Shown: in pieces, positions 8,735-17,459 of the stretch
Position numbering within the stretch: the first letter of the stretch is position 1
How the letters are laid out: the number at the start of each line of letters is the position of its first letter
IMG/VR virus record: IMGVR_UViG_3300048578_000426
Span: 1 to 43,478 of that record
Length of the DNA stretch: 43,478 bases
Reading direction: 5' to 3' (one strand)
DNA from: a virus
Taxonomy: Duplodnaviria > Caudoviricetes
Position numbers and translations under genes: made by a program
Notes under the pieces: model-generated
What the model saw: only the letters and a program-made list of their open reading frames with translations
Databases searched by the model: none
Told to the model about the DNA's origin: nothing

Positions 8735-8842
8735 TTTGTCCTTCCTAGGGGCAAGGGTGGGACTCCGTACGGAGCTCGCTTCGCTGCGCCCATTCTGAGC
8801 CTCAGGAAGGGCATTTAGCAAGGTACGAATTGTGAGGAGGGC

Positions 8843-9064
8843 GTGATGGATGGAGTGAAGATCGAATCGAGGAAGGAGCGCTACGCCCGCTATGAACGCG
8901 AGCGGATGGGGCGCGTTGAGCGATTCTCCTTCACCCTCTCCCACGACGAGGCCGCGCGGTTCCGGGCCTGTCTCCTGGCGACGGGGCGTAAGTGCTCCCC
9001 CTGGGTGCAGACGCTCGTGATGACCGCCGTTGCCGCCGAGGAAGCGAAGACCGGGGTGGCGTGA
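8843..9064 (+). CDS. Small DNA-binding protein, possibly ribbon-helix-helix
   Basis: GAGGAGG RBS; beta-strand RFSFTL followed by two predicted helices. Confidence 0.55.
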   Translation: MMDGVKIESRKERYARYERERMGRVERFSFTLSHDEAARFRACLLATGRKCSPWVQTLVMTAVAAEEAKTGVA

Positions 9065-9402
9065 TGGAGGGACAGGGCGAGAGGTTCGTGCTCCCGGTTC
9101 AGGTCCGTGGTGAGTGGACAGAGCCCCGGGACGGAATTCGCGAGCTCTTTACGCCCGGCTTGCCGGTACGCCAGTGGCGCCTTCGGCCAGTTCTGCAGGT
9201 GCCCACGGCCCCCGTGCCGTCGGGCCAGCACGGAAGATTTTAAGATGCGAGGCATGGATATGGATAGGGAAAATGAAGTGGTGTTGGCCGGGAGCATCCT
9301 GGCAATTGTGACAGATCACCGGGGAGCGGATCTGCGTGTGACGTGGAGGTTGTTGGCCCTTCCTCCTGCGTCCGGTATGGTGCGCCTCACGGGAGTTCTA
9401 TC

Positions 9403-9885
9403 ATGAGCGACAACCTTCAGACTGAGTCTGCCGTTCCTTCCGAGCCGCTCCCCGCGGCCGGCGGGCCGGTCCCCTATCCCTCGATCGTCCTGGACCTTCC
9501 GCAGCTCGCACGCCTTGAGCGGATGCTCGAGGCAGCGCTCGAGGGGCGTGGCGGCCAGGCCTGGTACACCCTTGAGCAAGCCTGGCGGCGAAAGTTCGCG
9601 AGCTCCGCCGGCGTGGAGGGGGCCATCTCCCTGTCGTCGATCAAGATGGACATGGCGCTCCAGCCGCGTGGGGGAGTCCCTGATGGCTGGCAGTCGAATC
9701 GCAAGGTGTGGAAAGAGGAATCCGTCGAAGAGTGGTGCCTCGTCGATGATGGGCACCTCGAGGAGTACCTCAAAAAGCACAACCCGAACCGCCGTGTCCC
9801 AGCGCGAATCAAGGAGAAGCTCGCGGCTCGGGTGCCCGTGGTTCGAATGTCGGCCGCGCGAGCGCCGAAGAAAGGGGCAGAGTGA
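9403..9885 (+). CDS. Hypothetical protein, possibly excisionase/AlpA-like winged HTH
   Basis: WYTLEQA...RKVWKEESVEEW pattern resembles Xis-like domains; GGAG RBS. Confidence 0.5.
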   Translation: MSDNLQTESAVPSEPLPAAGGPVPYPSIVLDLPQLARLERMLEAALEGRGGQAWYTLEQAWRRKFASSAGVEGAISLSSIKMDMALQPRGGVPDGWQSNRKVWKEESVEEWCLVDDGHLEEYLKKHNPNRRVPARIKEKLAARVPVVRMSAARAPKKGAE

Positions 9886-10163
9886 TGCACGATGGGATGC
9901 GTTCTTCCCGGCGAAGGATGAGCATCGAGCGCCTCGCGCTCTGCCATGTCGCCACCATGGGACATGGATACGCCCGGGCGGACGCCCAGGCCGTGGTCTA
10001 CCTCGACGAGGTCGAGGGGCTCTCCTTCGGGACGACCTTCTTCGAGACCCTCCTCCTCAATGCCTCGAGGCTCGACCTCTACGAGGAAACGCCCAAGGTC
10101 CAGTATCTCGGCGCCGAGGCGAACGAGCTCCGGCATTTCGATGCGGTGAGGAGGGGCGCATGA
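9882..10163 (+). CDS. Hypothetical phage protein
   Basis: Translationally coupled ORF with phage codon usage; start may be 9918. Confidence 0.6.
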   Translation: MMHDGMRSSRRRMSIERLALCHVATMGHGYARADAQAVVYLDEVEGLSFGTTFFETLLLNASRLDLYEETPKVQYLGAEANELRHFDAVRRGA

Positions 10164-10564
10164 ACACGAGAGAAGAGCGCAGCCACATCCGCCTGTGGAT
10201 CACGACCAGGGAGGGAGCGTGCCGGGCGAAGGTGACCTGTCCTTTCTGCGGGACGGTGGTCTGGACGAGCGACATGACGCTCTGCTTCCACGGTAAAACC
10301 TGCCCGACCTGTGGCGCCTGGCACGGGCCTTTCGAGACCTCGCTCGCTCCGACGGAGAAATCCGCGGCGCGGGCGGCTAAACGCGCGGAGAAGGCGAGGA
10401 CGGAGGCCGCGGCCAAGATGACGCCGCGAACGGCGCAGCCTCGCGCGATGAAGCCGGTGCAGTCGAATCGTAGCGGCGGGAAGCGGCGGCCTCGTCCAGC
10501 GAGCATCGCCACTCCCGAAGCCCTGGCATTCGCTCGGGAGATGGGGCTGGGAGATCTTACATGA
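10160..10564 (+). CDS. Zinc-finger hypothetical protein
   Basis: CPFC...CPTC; ATG 10160 with GAGGAGG RBS, overlapping the previous stop. Confidence 0.65.
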   Translation: MNTREERSHIRLWITTREGACRAKVTCPFCGTVVWTSDMTLCFHGKTCPTCGAWHGPFETSLAPTEKSAARAAKRAEKARTEAAAKMTPRTAQPRAMKPVQSNRSGGKRRPRPASIATPEALAFAREMGLGDLT

Positions 10565-10845
10565 AGGGGCGGGAGTTCGTTATCCACGTTGAAGGGAATG
10601 TGCTCATCGAGGCCCCGAACGAGTTCGAGGCGCAACGGGTGATTTCCGAGCTGTGGTTCTCGCATCGGGCCCGGGGAAGCTCGACGTTGGGACGCTGGGA
10701 AGCTGAAGGTCAGGCCCATGCGAGCACCGCTGTTGTGCGCGAGATCCTAGCATCTCCTGCGATCGAGCCGGTCATAAAGGTCGCCCCGCCTCCTCCCGAG
10801 CGGCGGTATAGCCGCTCGCCGGATCCTGACCTGGAGCTTTTCTGA
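10561..10845 (+). CDS. Hypothetical phage protein
   Basis: ATGA-coupled ORF. Confidence 0.55.
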   Translation: MKGREFVIHVEGNVLIEAPNEFEAQRVISELWFSHRARGSSTLGRWEAEGQAHASTAVVREILASPAIEPVIKVAPPPPERRYSRSPDPDLELF

Positions 10846-10978
10846 TGGGCCCCATGATTTGCCATTGCGCCCGCTGTCGGGGCCGCGGGGGGCTGGGGAA
10901 GGTCCGCTGCACGATCTGGAGCATGAATGGTCGGCCGAGGATCATCCTCAATTGCCGGTTTTATCAGGAGATAGAGTG

Positions 10979-11158
10979 ATGGACCCGACGGCAATCCCTC
11001 AGTGGAAGATAGAAGCGCAACGCTATCTACTCTTGGATCGCATCATGGAAGCGGTCCAGGGCGAGTTCGACTACGCCATCGCGCGAGGCGACTACGACGA
11101 GGACATGACGGTACGGCTGCGCAAACAGATCGACGAGATTCTCGATGGAAGGTTTTAG
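10979..11158 (+). CDS. Small hypothetical protein
   Basis: AGGAG RBS before ATG 10979. Confidence 0.55.
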   Translation: MDPTAIPQWKIEAQRYLLLDRIMEAVQGEFDYAIARGDYDEDMTVRLRKQIDEILDGRF

Positions 11159-11389
11159 GTGAGCCGATCGCCCTACCGGACCTGCGACCTGTGCCGGCAT
11201 TTCCTCAGGACCGCCGGCCGTGATATCTGCCGGCTCCCGGGGCATCGCCATCCCGTTCGCCCGGGATCGGGCTGCGGCTTTTTCGCCGCGCAGACTGATG
11301 AAGTGGAAGGGCGGATCAGAGCCCTTGAGATAGAGAGGTATTCCCCGAAGATGCAGTTGAAGATCCGGCCAGGGCGGGCACTGTTCTAG
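11159..11389 (+). CDS. Small Cys-rich hypothetical protein
   Basis: TCDLCRHF...C...CGFF motif; abuts the previous stop. Confidence 0.55.
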   Translation: MSRSPYRTCDLCRHFLRTAGRDICRLPGHRHPVRPGSGCGFFAAQTDEVEGRIRALEIERYSPKMQLKIRPGRALF

Positions 11390-11544
11390 TCCTGGCACAA
11401 CAAACCTCCCCCAAGAGGGTATATACGGCCCGGCCTGGCGGTACCAGGCATCTCGTCCCGGCGAGTCTTCCGGGATTTTTTCGGCGTTCCAGGCGCGTTG
11501 TGCGACAAGGTCCGTCCTCCGCGGATGGTCGCGCAGCCCGGAGA

Positions 11545-11620
11545 GGCCTTGTCGTTCAGGGGTTCCGGACATGGCTCCTGACCGTCTGCCAGATGTCGGG
11601 TTCGAATCCCGGCAGCGCCA
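11545..11620 (+). ncRNA. tRNA-like element with aberrant anticodon arm (pseudo-tRNA or tRNA mimic)
   Basis: Acceptor GGCCTTG/CAGCGCC+A (one mismatch), D stem GTTC/GGAC, T arm TCGGG-TTCGAAT-CCCGG; anticodon arm is only TGGC/GCCA around a 12-nt loop. Confidence 0.65.
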
Positions 11621-11679
11621 TCTTGTTGTGGCAACTCCGGCGGCTTCACGCCGGGAACTTGGTGAGAAGGGAGATACGC

Positions 11680-12234
11680 ATGGTCAAGCAGTACAGGAAG
11701 AAGCCTGTCGTCATCGAGGCGGTTCAGTTCGACGGCACGAACGCGGAGGAGATATTTAAAAGCTTCTACCGCCCGACAGATGAGCCTTGGACCGGAGACG
11801 GGACGATCAAGATCCGGACCCTCGAGGGAGTTCTTGAAGCATCCGCAGGGGACTTCATCATCCGCGGGGTCAAGGGCGAACTGTATCCCTGCAAGCCCGA
11901 CATCTTCGAGAAGACCTACGAAGCCGTCGAGGCGACGGGCTGCGCCATGCCCAATCAGTTCGGTTTCGCTTTCGCCCTCCAGCTCCTCAAGGCCGGCAAG
12001 AAGGTTCGCCGGTTCGGATGGAACGGGAAGGGCATGCACCTGGCGTATATGCCCGGCTACCCCGAGGGCGTCCCCGCGAATGGAGCCGCCGCCGCGGCCC
12101 TCGGTGTCCCCGAGGGAGAAATCATCCATACGAGACCCTATATCGCCATGAAGGACGCCCAAGGCTACCTGGTGACCGGCTGGCTGGCTTCCCAGACGGA
12201 CCTCCTGGCTGAGGACTGGGAACTCGTCGACTAG
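11680..12234 (+). CDS. Two-domain fusion: RKKPVVIEA/PGDYG-like domain plus DUF2829 (Tad2-like); candidate anti-defence sponge
   Basis: N half YRKKPVVIEAVQF..TLEG..GDFIIRGVKGELYPCKPDIFEKTY; C half FALQLLKAGKKVRRFGWNGKGM..GWLASQTDLLAEDW. Confidence 0.75.
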   Translation: MVKQYRKKPVVIEAVQFDGTNAEEIFKSFYRPTDEPWTGDGTIKIRTLEGVLEASAGDFIIRGVKGELYPCKPDIFEKTYEAVEATGCAMPNQFGFAFALQLLKAGKKVRRFGWNGKGMHLAYMPGYPEGVPANGAAAAALGVPEGEIIHTRPYIAMKDAQGYLVTGWLASQTDLLAEDWELVD

Positions 12235-12245
12235 AAGGAACAAGT

Positions 12246-12596
12246 ATGGACAAACCACGAGCAACCTTGACGACGATTGCGGGGGGGCAGGCTGTAGTCC
12301 TTTTCAACCGCGAACTGGAGACGGTGCTGGAGAACATCGCCGACCCTCGGACGAAGCCGGACGTCGTGAGGAAGATCACGCTGACGGTTGTATTCCGGCC
12401 AGATGAGGAGCGACACGCGACCGATGTCCGGATCGAGTGTACGTCGAGTCTCCCGAAGCACTACGGGGCCAAGGGCCTCGCCTACATCGGCATCAATGAC
12501 GGCGAGGTCGGGATTTTCAATTCCGACCCCAAGCAGCTTTCGCTCGCGGACGAACTTGCCGCGGCGCAGGAAAGGAAGGTGGGAAATGGAAGCTGA
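12246..12596 (+). CDS. Conserved phage protein (first of a YfdP/YfdQ-like pair)
   Basis: GGQAVVLFNRELETVLENIADPRT..RKITL motif, recalled from temperate phages; overlaps the next gene. Confidence 0.6.
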   Translation: MDKPRATLTTIAGGQAVVLFNRELETVLENIADPRTKPDVVRKITLTVVFRPDEERHATDVRIECTSSLPKHYGAKGLAYIGINDGEVGIFNSDPKQLSLADELAAAQERKVGNGS

Positions 12597-13344
12597 TCTC
12601 ACGAAGCAGGTCATCGAGAAAATCGAGGATCTCACCAAGAAGGCGAATGCGAAGGAGAACCGAGTCCTCGAGATCGGGGGGAAGCCTTACGATCGAGAGA
12701 CGTTGCAGCGGATCTACGACAAGGACGAATGCACCCCGAGGACCATCGAGGTATCTTCCCTCGAATCCATCGCGGACTACTGGAACAAGATCGCGGGAGT
12801 GGAGGGCGTCACCAGGGAGAACCTTTTCCTGCTCATCGAGAGTCCGACCCGCGTCGTGCTCATGGAGAAATTCAAGGGTGAACAGAAGAAGCGGGAGGGC
12901 ATCATGGCGGCCGTCCTCAAGAACGACGTCGAGCCCTTCCCCTTCGGCAAGTTCATCGAGACCGAGGAGTTCATCATCGGTCTCATGTCGCGCTTCAACG
13001 CCCAGGGCGATCGGGACACCATCGTGAGCATCGCGAGCGGACTGGTCGCCGAGGCGAAGCTCGACAACAAGGACAGCGGCACTACGACCAAGAGGACGGC
13101 CTCGGCGGGTGTGGTGAATCAGAGCGGCATCGGGGACAAGAACGTGCCCGTTCTCGCTCCGTTCAGGACATTCCGCGAAGTCGAGCAACCCCAGAGCGCC
13201 TTCCTTTTCCGCTACAGGACGGACGGCGAGAAAATCGGATGCGCTCTTTTCGAGGCCGATGGCGGCGCCTGGCGCCATGACGCGATGGCGAACATCGCAA
13301 GCTTCTTTGCAGAGCACGCTTCGGGGCTTCCTGTTCTGAGGTAA
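12586..13344 (+). CDS. Conserved phage protein (DUF2303/YfdQ-like)
   Basis: LAPFRTFREVEQPQSAFLFR..ALFEADGGAW motif; ATG 12586 with GGAAGG RBS. Confidence 0.6.
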   Translation: MEADLTKQVIEKIEDLTKKANAKENRVLEIGGKPYDRETLQRIYDKDECTPRTIEVSSLESIADYWNKIAGVEGVTRENLFLLIESPTRVVLMEKFKGEQKKREGIMAAVLKNDVEPFPFGKFIETEEFIIGLMSRFNAQGDRDTIVSIASGLVAEAKLDNKDSGTTTKRTASAGVVNQSGIGDKNVPVLAPFRTFREVEQPQSAFLFRYRTDGEKIGCALFEADGGAWRHDAMANIASFFAEHASGLPVLR

Positions 13345-13394
13345 TTACGAAGGCCCCTTCGGGGGCCGTGCGTGAGAGGAAAGAGGGAGTGCAC

Positions 13395-13568
13395 ATGAAG
13401 TACGAGATCGTCGAGAAGCCCAAGGGCGAACTCTCCGACTATGAGATCCGCATTGAAGGTGCCGGCAAGGGCTCGCCGAAGATCGCGACAGTCTGGGGCC
13501 ATTATGGCACGGATGCCAAGGCGACAGCCGATGAGATCGTTGCCGCGTTGAATAGGGGCATAGCATGA
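13395..13568 (+). CDS. Small hypothetical protein
   Basis: GGGAG RBS; coupled to the next ORF. Confidence 0.55.
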   Translation: MKYEIVEKPKGELSDYEIRIEGAGKGSPKIATVWGHYGTDAKATADEIVAALNRGIA

Positions 13569-13936
13569 GTAAGCCAACAGGCCAGAATCCCGGCGGGCGC
13601 CGCCGTGTCGTCCCTGTGAAGGTCTCGGTGGATGGGAGCCCCTTCGTACGGTATGGCTCCCTCAAGGAGATGGCCCAGGCCCTCGGCGGCGAGCACTGGA
13701 AAGGGCTTTACACACACGCGAGCGGCAGCGGGCGGGCGAAGGTGCTCGTCTACAACAGGCACACCTACAACATCGTGAAGCTCGATCCCGAGATCATCAG
13801 GAGCGCGCCGCCGTCGGCGCCGGCAAAGCCGCTCGGGATCGGGGCTCTTATTCCGAAGGCCGAGGAAATCGAGCGGGCTTCAGGGCCGCTCCTTTCGCAT
13901 CCGAAAACGCATCGCCTCGGGCGATTCTTCGGGTAA
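13565..13936 (+). CDS. Hypothetical protein (possible NUMOD1-like HTH)
   Basis: YGSLKEMAQALG motif; ATGA coupling. Confidence 0.55.
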   Translation: MSKPTGQNPGGRRRVVPVKVSVDGSPFVRYGSLKEMAQALGGEHWKGLYTHASGSGRAKVLVYNRHTYNIVKLDPEIIRSAPPSAPAKPLGIGALIPKAEEIERASGPLLSHPKTHRLGRFFG

Positions 13937-13940
13937 GGCC

Positions 13941-14189
13941 ATGGGCAAGAAGTCGCCTACCATAGAGTTTTCGGTCGATGCCAGGCAGAAGGCGGAGATC
14001 CTGCTTTTCTGCAGTATCCGCGGCTTTGCGAAGCCCGCGGATCTCGCCCGCTTTGCGACGGCGCAGTACATGCGGAGGTACCCTCTGAAATCCGAGGAAA
14101 TCGCCGCATACATGGCGCGAGGAGAAGGAAACACCCAAGGAGGCGAAACGGACGCAAGGGCGGTACAGCCTGAACGCGCGGAAGGGTAA
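13941..14189 (+). CDS. Small hypothetical protein (possible ribbon-helix-helix)
   Basis: Closely follows the previous gene; TIEFSV strand followed by helices. Confidence 0.55.
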   Translation: MGKKSPTIEFSVDARQKAEILLFCSIRGFAKPADLARFATAQYMRRYPLKSEEIAAYMARGEGNTQGGETDARAVQPERAEG

Positions 14190-14194
14190 TTAAC

Positions 14195-14531
14195 GGAGCC
14201 GAAGTGGACGAGTTTCTCCTGAAGGGCGATCCTCCCTGCGCCTTTCAGCGAGGATTCCCCCTCGGGCCGCTGTCGCGGGTCATGCCGCGCGGCTCCATAC
14301 TGGATGCGAAAGAAGCCGGACTCCCAGGCGGTAATGTCAAACCGCCTGAGGGCCCGGCTTCGCGCATCCTGGATGCAATTGTGAATATCGCGCCCAGGAG
14401 AAGGCGCGGGAAAATAACTCGTAGCGGTCCGGCCATGGGGACTTGGTGCCATGGCGTACCGGGGTGCGGCGACAGGCGGGAGCCTGGGGCGCGACGGCGC
14501 TCGAAAGCGGGTTCGAATCCCGTCACCCCGA
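14195..14531 (+). ncRNA. Structured RNA cassette with two tRNA-like folds (14195-14297 and 14460-14531)
   Basis: 7-bp acceptor-like stems GGAGCCG/CGGCTCC+A and CGGGGTG/CACCCCG+A, each directly preceded by a 5-bp arm; the second has canonical GCGGG-TTCGAAT-CCCGT; long hairpin 14302-14369 lies between them. Confidence 0.6.
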
Positions 14532-14553
14532 ATCGTTCTTATAGGAGGGGAGC

Positions 14554-15441
14554 ATGAAACGGCGATTGGATTTCTATACGACTGAGGCCGACGAATGGAA
14601 CGGGCCGGCGGAAAACTTCTTGAGGATCCACTATGGCGGAGAACAGGGCTGGGCCATGGAGGGGCGGTACCGGGCCCTCCTCGGGCTCATCGCGAGGGCG
14701 GACGACTGCCGGCTCGACCTGTGCCGCCCCATCGTGCGTGGGGATGTCAAGAAGAAGCTCGAGCTCGATGATGCCGGCCTCGACGCGTTCATCCGCGTGC
14801 TGGCCGAGGAATGCGAGCTCGTCCTGGTCGTGGGCGGCGTCGTCTCTCGCCCGGAGATCGACGACGACCTCGAGCGCATGGACAAGAAAGCGGCCCGGGG
14901 ACGGGCGGCCGCCGCGGCCAAGTGGAAGGAACGAAAGAAAGGGACGCCTCCTCCCGCACCGGCTTCAGGGGATACCGCTGCGCCTGTTCCCGAGGCTGCC
15001 CGGACCAAGGAACCCGAGCCGACCCCTTCCCGGGCTGCCGGATGCACAAGCAATGCATCTGCAATGCACAAGCAATGCATGAGCAATGCGCATGCAGAAC
15101 CAGACACGAGTGACACGAGTGAGAAGTATTCGTTCACCACGAATACTTCTCACGAGAGTGTCAGAGGGAGAGAGATACCGCGCGCGAAGAGCCATGCTTC
15201 CCCGGCGGGATGTGGACCCGCCGGGGCACATGGCAGGAAGGGAGGTGGCGAGGAAGGGCGGGAGGGGCGCAGGTTCTGGTGTTCGACGGCTCTTCCTGAA
15301 CCGCTGACCCAGGAAGAGCGTCGCGAGCTTGACGGCAAGTTCGCTGCATTCTGGGGCCCTGATTCACTCTTTGGCGCCATCCTTCGGGGCCAACCGACGG
15401 CGCCGATTTTGCAGCGCGGGATGCTTGCGGGCGTGGGGTGA
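14554..15441 (+). CDS. Putative replication initiator / replisome organiser (lambda O-like architecture)
   Basis: N-terminal winged-helix-like region, ARGRAAAAAKWK helix and internal iterons; position before terminases; GGAGG RBS. Confidence 0.6.
   Translation: MKRRLDFYTTEADEWNGPAENFLRIHYGGEQGWAMEGRYRALLGLIARADDCRLDLCRPIVRGDVKKKLELDDAGLDAFIRVLAEECELVLVVGGVVSRPEIDDDLERMDKKAARGRAAAAAKWKERKKGTPPPAPASGDTAAPVPEAARTKEPEPTPSRAAGCTSNASAMHKQCMSNAHAEPDTSDTSEKYSFTTNTSHESVRGREIPRAKSHASPAGCGPAGAHGRKGGGEEGREGRRFWCSTALPEPLTQEERRELDGKFAAFWGPDSLFGAILRGQPTAPILQRGMLAGVG
15042..15122 (+). repeat. Iteron-like repeats, putative phage origin
   Basis: GCAATGC at 15050, 15061, 15072 and 15083 (11-bp period); ATGCACAAGCAATGCAT twice; GACACGAGT twice (15103-15120). 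Confidence 0.65.
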
Positions 15442-15445
15442 GATC

Positions 15446-15952
15446 ATGGGACGGGCATGCGCTATCTGCAATCACGAAAAGCGAAACGAAATCGAAATGG
15501 CCATCCTCGAGGGCACGAGCCACAAGGATATCGCGGAAAAGTACGGGCTTTCCACGACAGGAATCTGGCGCCATCGGACGAATCACATGAGCGTCGAAGC
15601 CCGCGAGGCGATCAACGGCGCTACCCAGGGCAGACTCGACTTGCCCGAACCCTGCAGTCCCGGGAAACAGGAACGGCTCGGACAGACCCTCACGGTGTAT
15701 GACGAATTCCTGGATATTCGCCAGAAGACCATCGAGCTCTACGACAAGGCGGCAACGAGCGGCGAGAAAGGGCGACTGTCCGCCATGGCTTCGGCCCTGA
15801 GCGAGCGGCGGGCGGTGGTCAACGACATGGTGAAGCTGTCCCTTCTCGAGCGCGGGCTTGGCGATGACGGCGACGATGACAAGGGCGACATACGGCAGGT
15901 CTATGACCAGGCCGTCGAGGAGCTCGTGGAAAGGGTGATCGGTGAAAACTAG
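15446..15952 (+). CDS. Putative terminase small subunit
   Basis: CAICNH plus HTH (SHKDIAEKYGLSTTGIWRH); overlaps the large subunit start. Confidence 0.7.
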   Translation: MGRACAICNHEKRNEIEMAILEGTSHKDIAEKYGLSTTGIWRHRTNHMSVEAREAINGATQGRLDLPEPCSPGKQERLGQTLTVYDEFLDIRQKTIELYDKAATSGEKGRLSAMASALSERRAVVNDMVKLSLLERGLGDDGDDDKGDIRQVYDQAVEELVERVIGEN

Positions 15953-17459
15953 GATCGAGGCGAACGAGGCCTACGTCGCGGGCATCAGGCTCGCCCGGGA
16001 AGGGCGCGTCCTCACGGAGTTCCTGCGGGCCCTCGCGCTCCGGGACCTCTTCTTCCTCCTCGTCTACGTGCTCCATCGAGAGGACGCCGACAACGACTGG
16101 TGCTACAAGCAATGCCGGATGGTGCAGGCGGCGCCCGACGGCTACATCGATCTCTGGGCGCGAGGCCATTACAAGAGCACAATCATCACCTTCGCCCTCC
16201 TCATCCAGTCCATCCTCCGGGATCCCGAGGTGACGATCGGCATCTTCAGCCATACTCGTCCGATCGCGAAAGCCTTCATGTCCCAGGTTAAGCGCGAGTT
16301 CGAGGCGAACGAGCTCCTCAAGTCCCTCTTCCCGGATATCCTCTACGCGGATCCGCGGAACGAGTCCCCGACCTGGTCAGAGGACAAGGGCCTCCTTGTG
16401 AAGCGCAAGGGGAACCCGAAGGAGATGACCGTCGAGGCGTATGGTTTGACGGACGGACAGCCGACCTCGAAGCACTTCAGGATCATGAACTATGACGACA
16501 TCGTGACGAAGGAATCGGTGTCGACCCCTGCCATGATCGAGAAAACGACGCAGGCCTGGGCCGAGTCGCTCAACCTCTGCGCGGAGAATGCCACATTCCG
16601 CTACGCGGGGACGCGGTGGCATTTCGCCGATACGAGCTCCGAGATCATCAAGCGCAAGGCGGCCATTGCGCGCGTATTCACGCCCACTGTCGATGGCACC
16701 CTCGATGGGGAGCCGGTACTGTGGTCGCGGGAGACGCTCGCGAAGAAGTGGACCGACATGGGCGCCTTTGTCGCGGCGGCCCAGCTCTTCCAGAATCCGA
16801 AGCTTGAGAACACGGATGGCTTCCTCGAGGGCTGGCTCCAGTACTGGCCGGCACTCACCTACGCGAACATGAACCTCTATCTCCTCTGCGATCCCGCGGG
16901 CGAGAAGAAGGAGTCGAGCGACTACACGGTGTTCATGGTTGTCGGCCTTGGCCCTGATCAGAACTACTACGTCATCACGATGGTCCGGGACCGCCTCTCC
17001 CTCGCGGAGCGGACGAGGGTCCTCTTCAGTCTGCACCAGCAGTACAAGCCCTTGATAACCGGGTACGAGAAATATGGGCTCCAGTCGGATATCGAGCACA
17101 TCCGGAGCGTCCAGGCTCAGACGAACTACCGCTTCGGGATCAAGGAGCTCGGTGGAGCCATGCCCAAGGTCGAGCGTATCAGGCGCCTCGGGCCGAAGTT
17201 CGAGGCCGGTCGGGTCTTCCTTCCCGAGACTTGCGCCCGGGTGAACTACCTCAAGGAACGGGTGGACCTCGTCCAGGCCTTCAGGCAGGAGGAATATCTC
17301 GCGTTCCCGTACAGCGAGCACGACGATATGCTTGATTGCCTCTCGAGGATATTCGATGTTGGGCCGGTCTTCCCCAATGCCGTTGACGCGCTCTCTACCT
17401 TTAGTGAGCGGGAATCGAATCGTGACAATTCGTTTGATCCACTTCGTTTCGGATTATAA
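15942..17459 (+). CDS. Terminase large subunit
   Basis: Walker A-like WARGHYKST, Walker B YDDIV, GTRWH, nuclease CDPA..SDYT and HDDMLD. Confidence 0.92.
   Translation: MKTRIEANEAYVAGIRLAREGRVLTEFLRALALRDLFFLLVYVLHREDADNDWCYKQCRMVQAAPDGYIDLWARGHYKSTIITFALLIQSILRDPEVTIGIFSHTRPIAKAFMSQVKREFEANELLKSLFPDILYADPRNESPTWSEDKGLLVKRKGNPKEMTVEAYGLTDGQPTSKHFRIMNYDDIVTKESVSTPAMIEKTTQAWAESLNLCAENATFRYAGTRWHFADTSSEIIKRKAAIARVFTPTVDGTLDGEPVLWSRETLAKKWTDMGAFVAAAQLFQNPKLENTDGFLEGWLQYWPALTYANMNLYLLCDPAGEKKESSDYTVFMVVGLGPDQNYYVITMVRDRLSLAERTRVLFSLHQQYKPLITGYEKYGLQSDIEHIRSVQAQTNYRFGIKELGGAMPKVERIRRLGPKFEAGRVFLPETCARVNYLKERVDLVQAFRQEEYLAFPYSEHDDMLDCLSRIFDVGPVFPNAVDALSTFSERESNRDNSFDPLRFGL

Noticed and set aside
11576-11587. 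Antisense target for the 12-nt loop of the tRNA-like element (C4-RNA-like regulation)
   Set aside because: Only 8-9 nt complementary matches found by eye (for example near 33109), which is expected by chance in 43 kb
13352-13367. Terminator at GGCCCC-TTCG-GGGGCC
   Set aside because: Stable UUCG hairpin but no U-tract; more likely an mRNA stability or processing element
14195-14531. tmRNA or a standard decoding tRNA
   Set aside because: No alanine G3-U70 identity pair, no tag reading frame recognised, and no 7-nt anticodon loop
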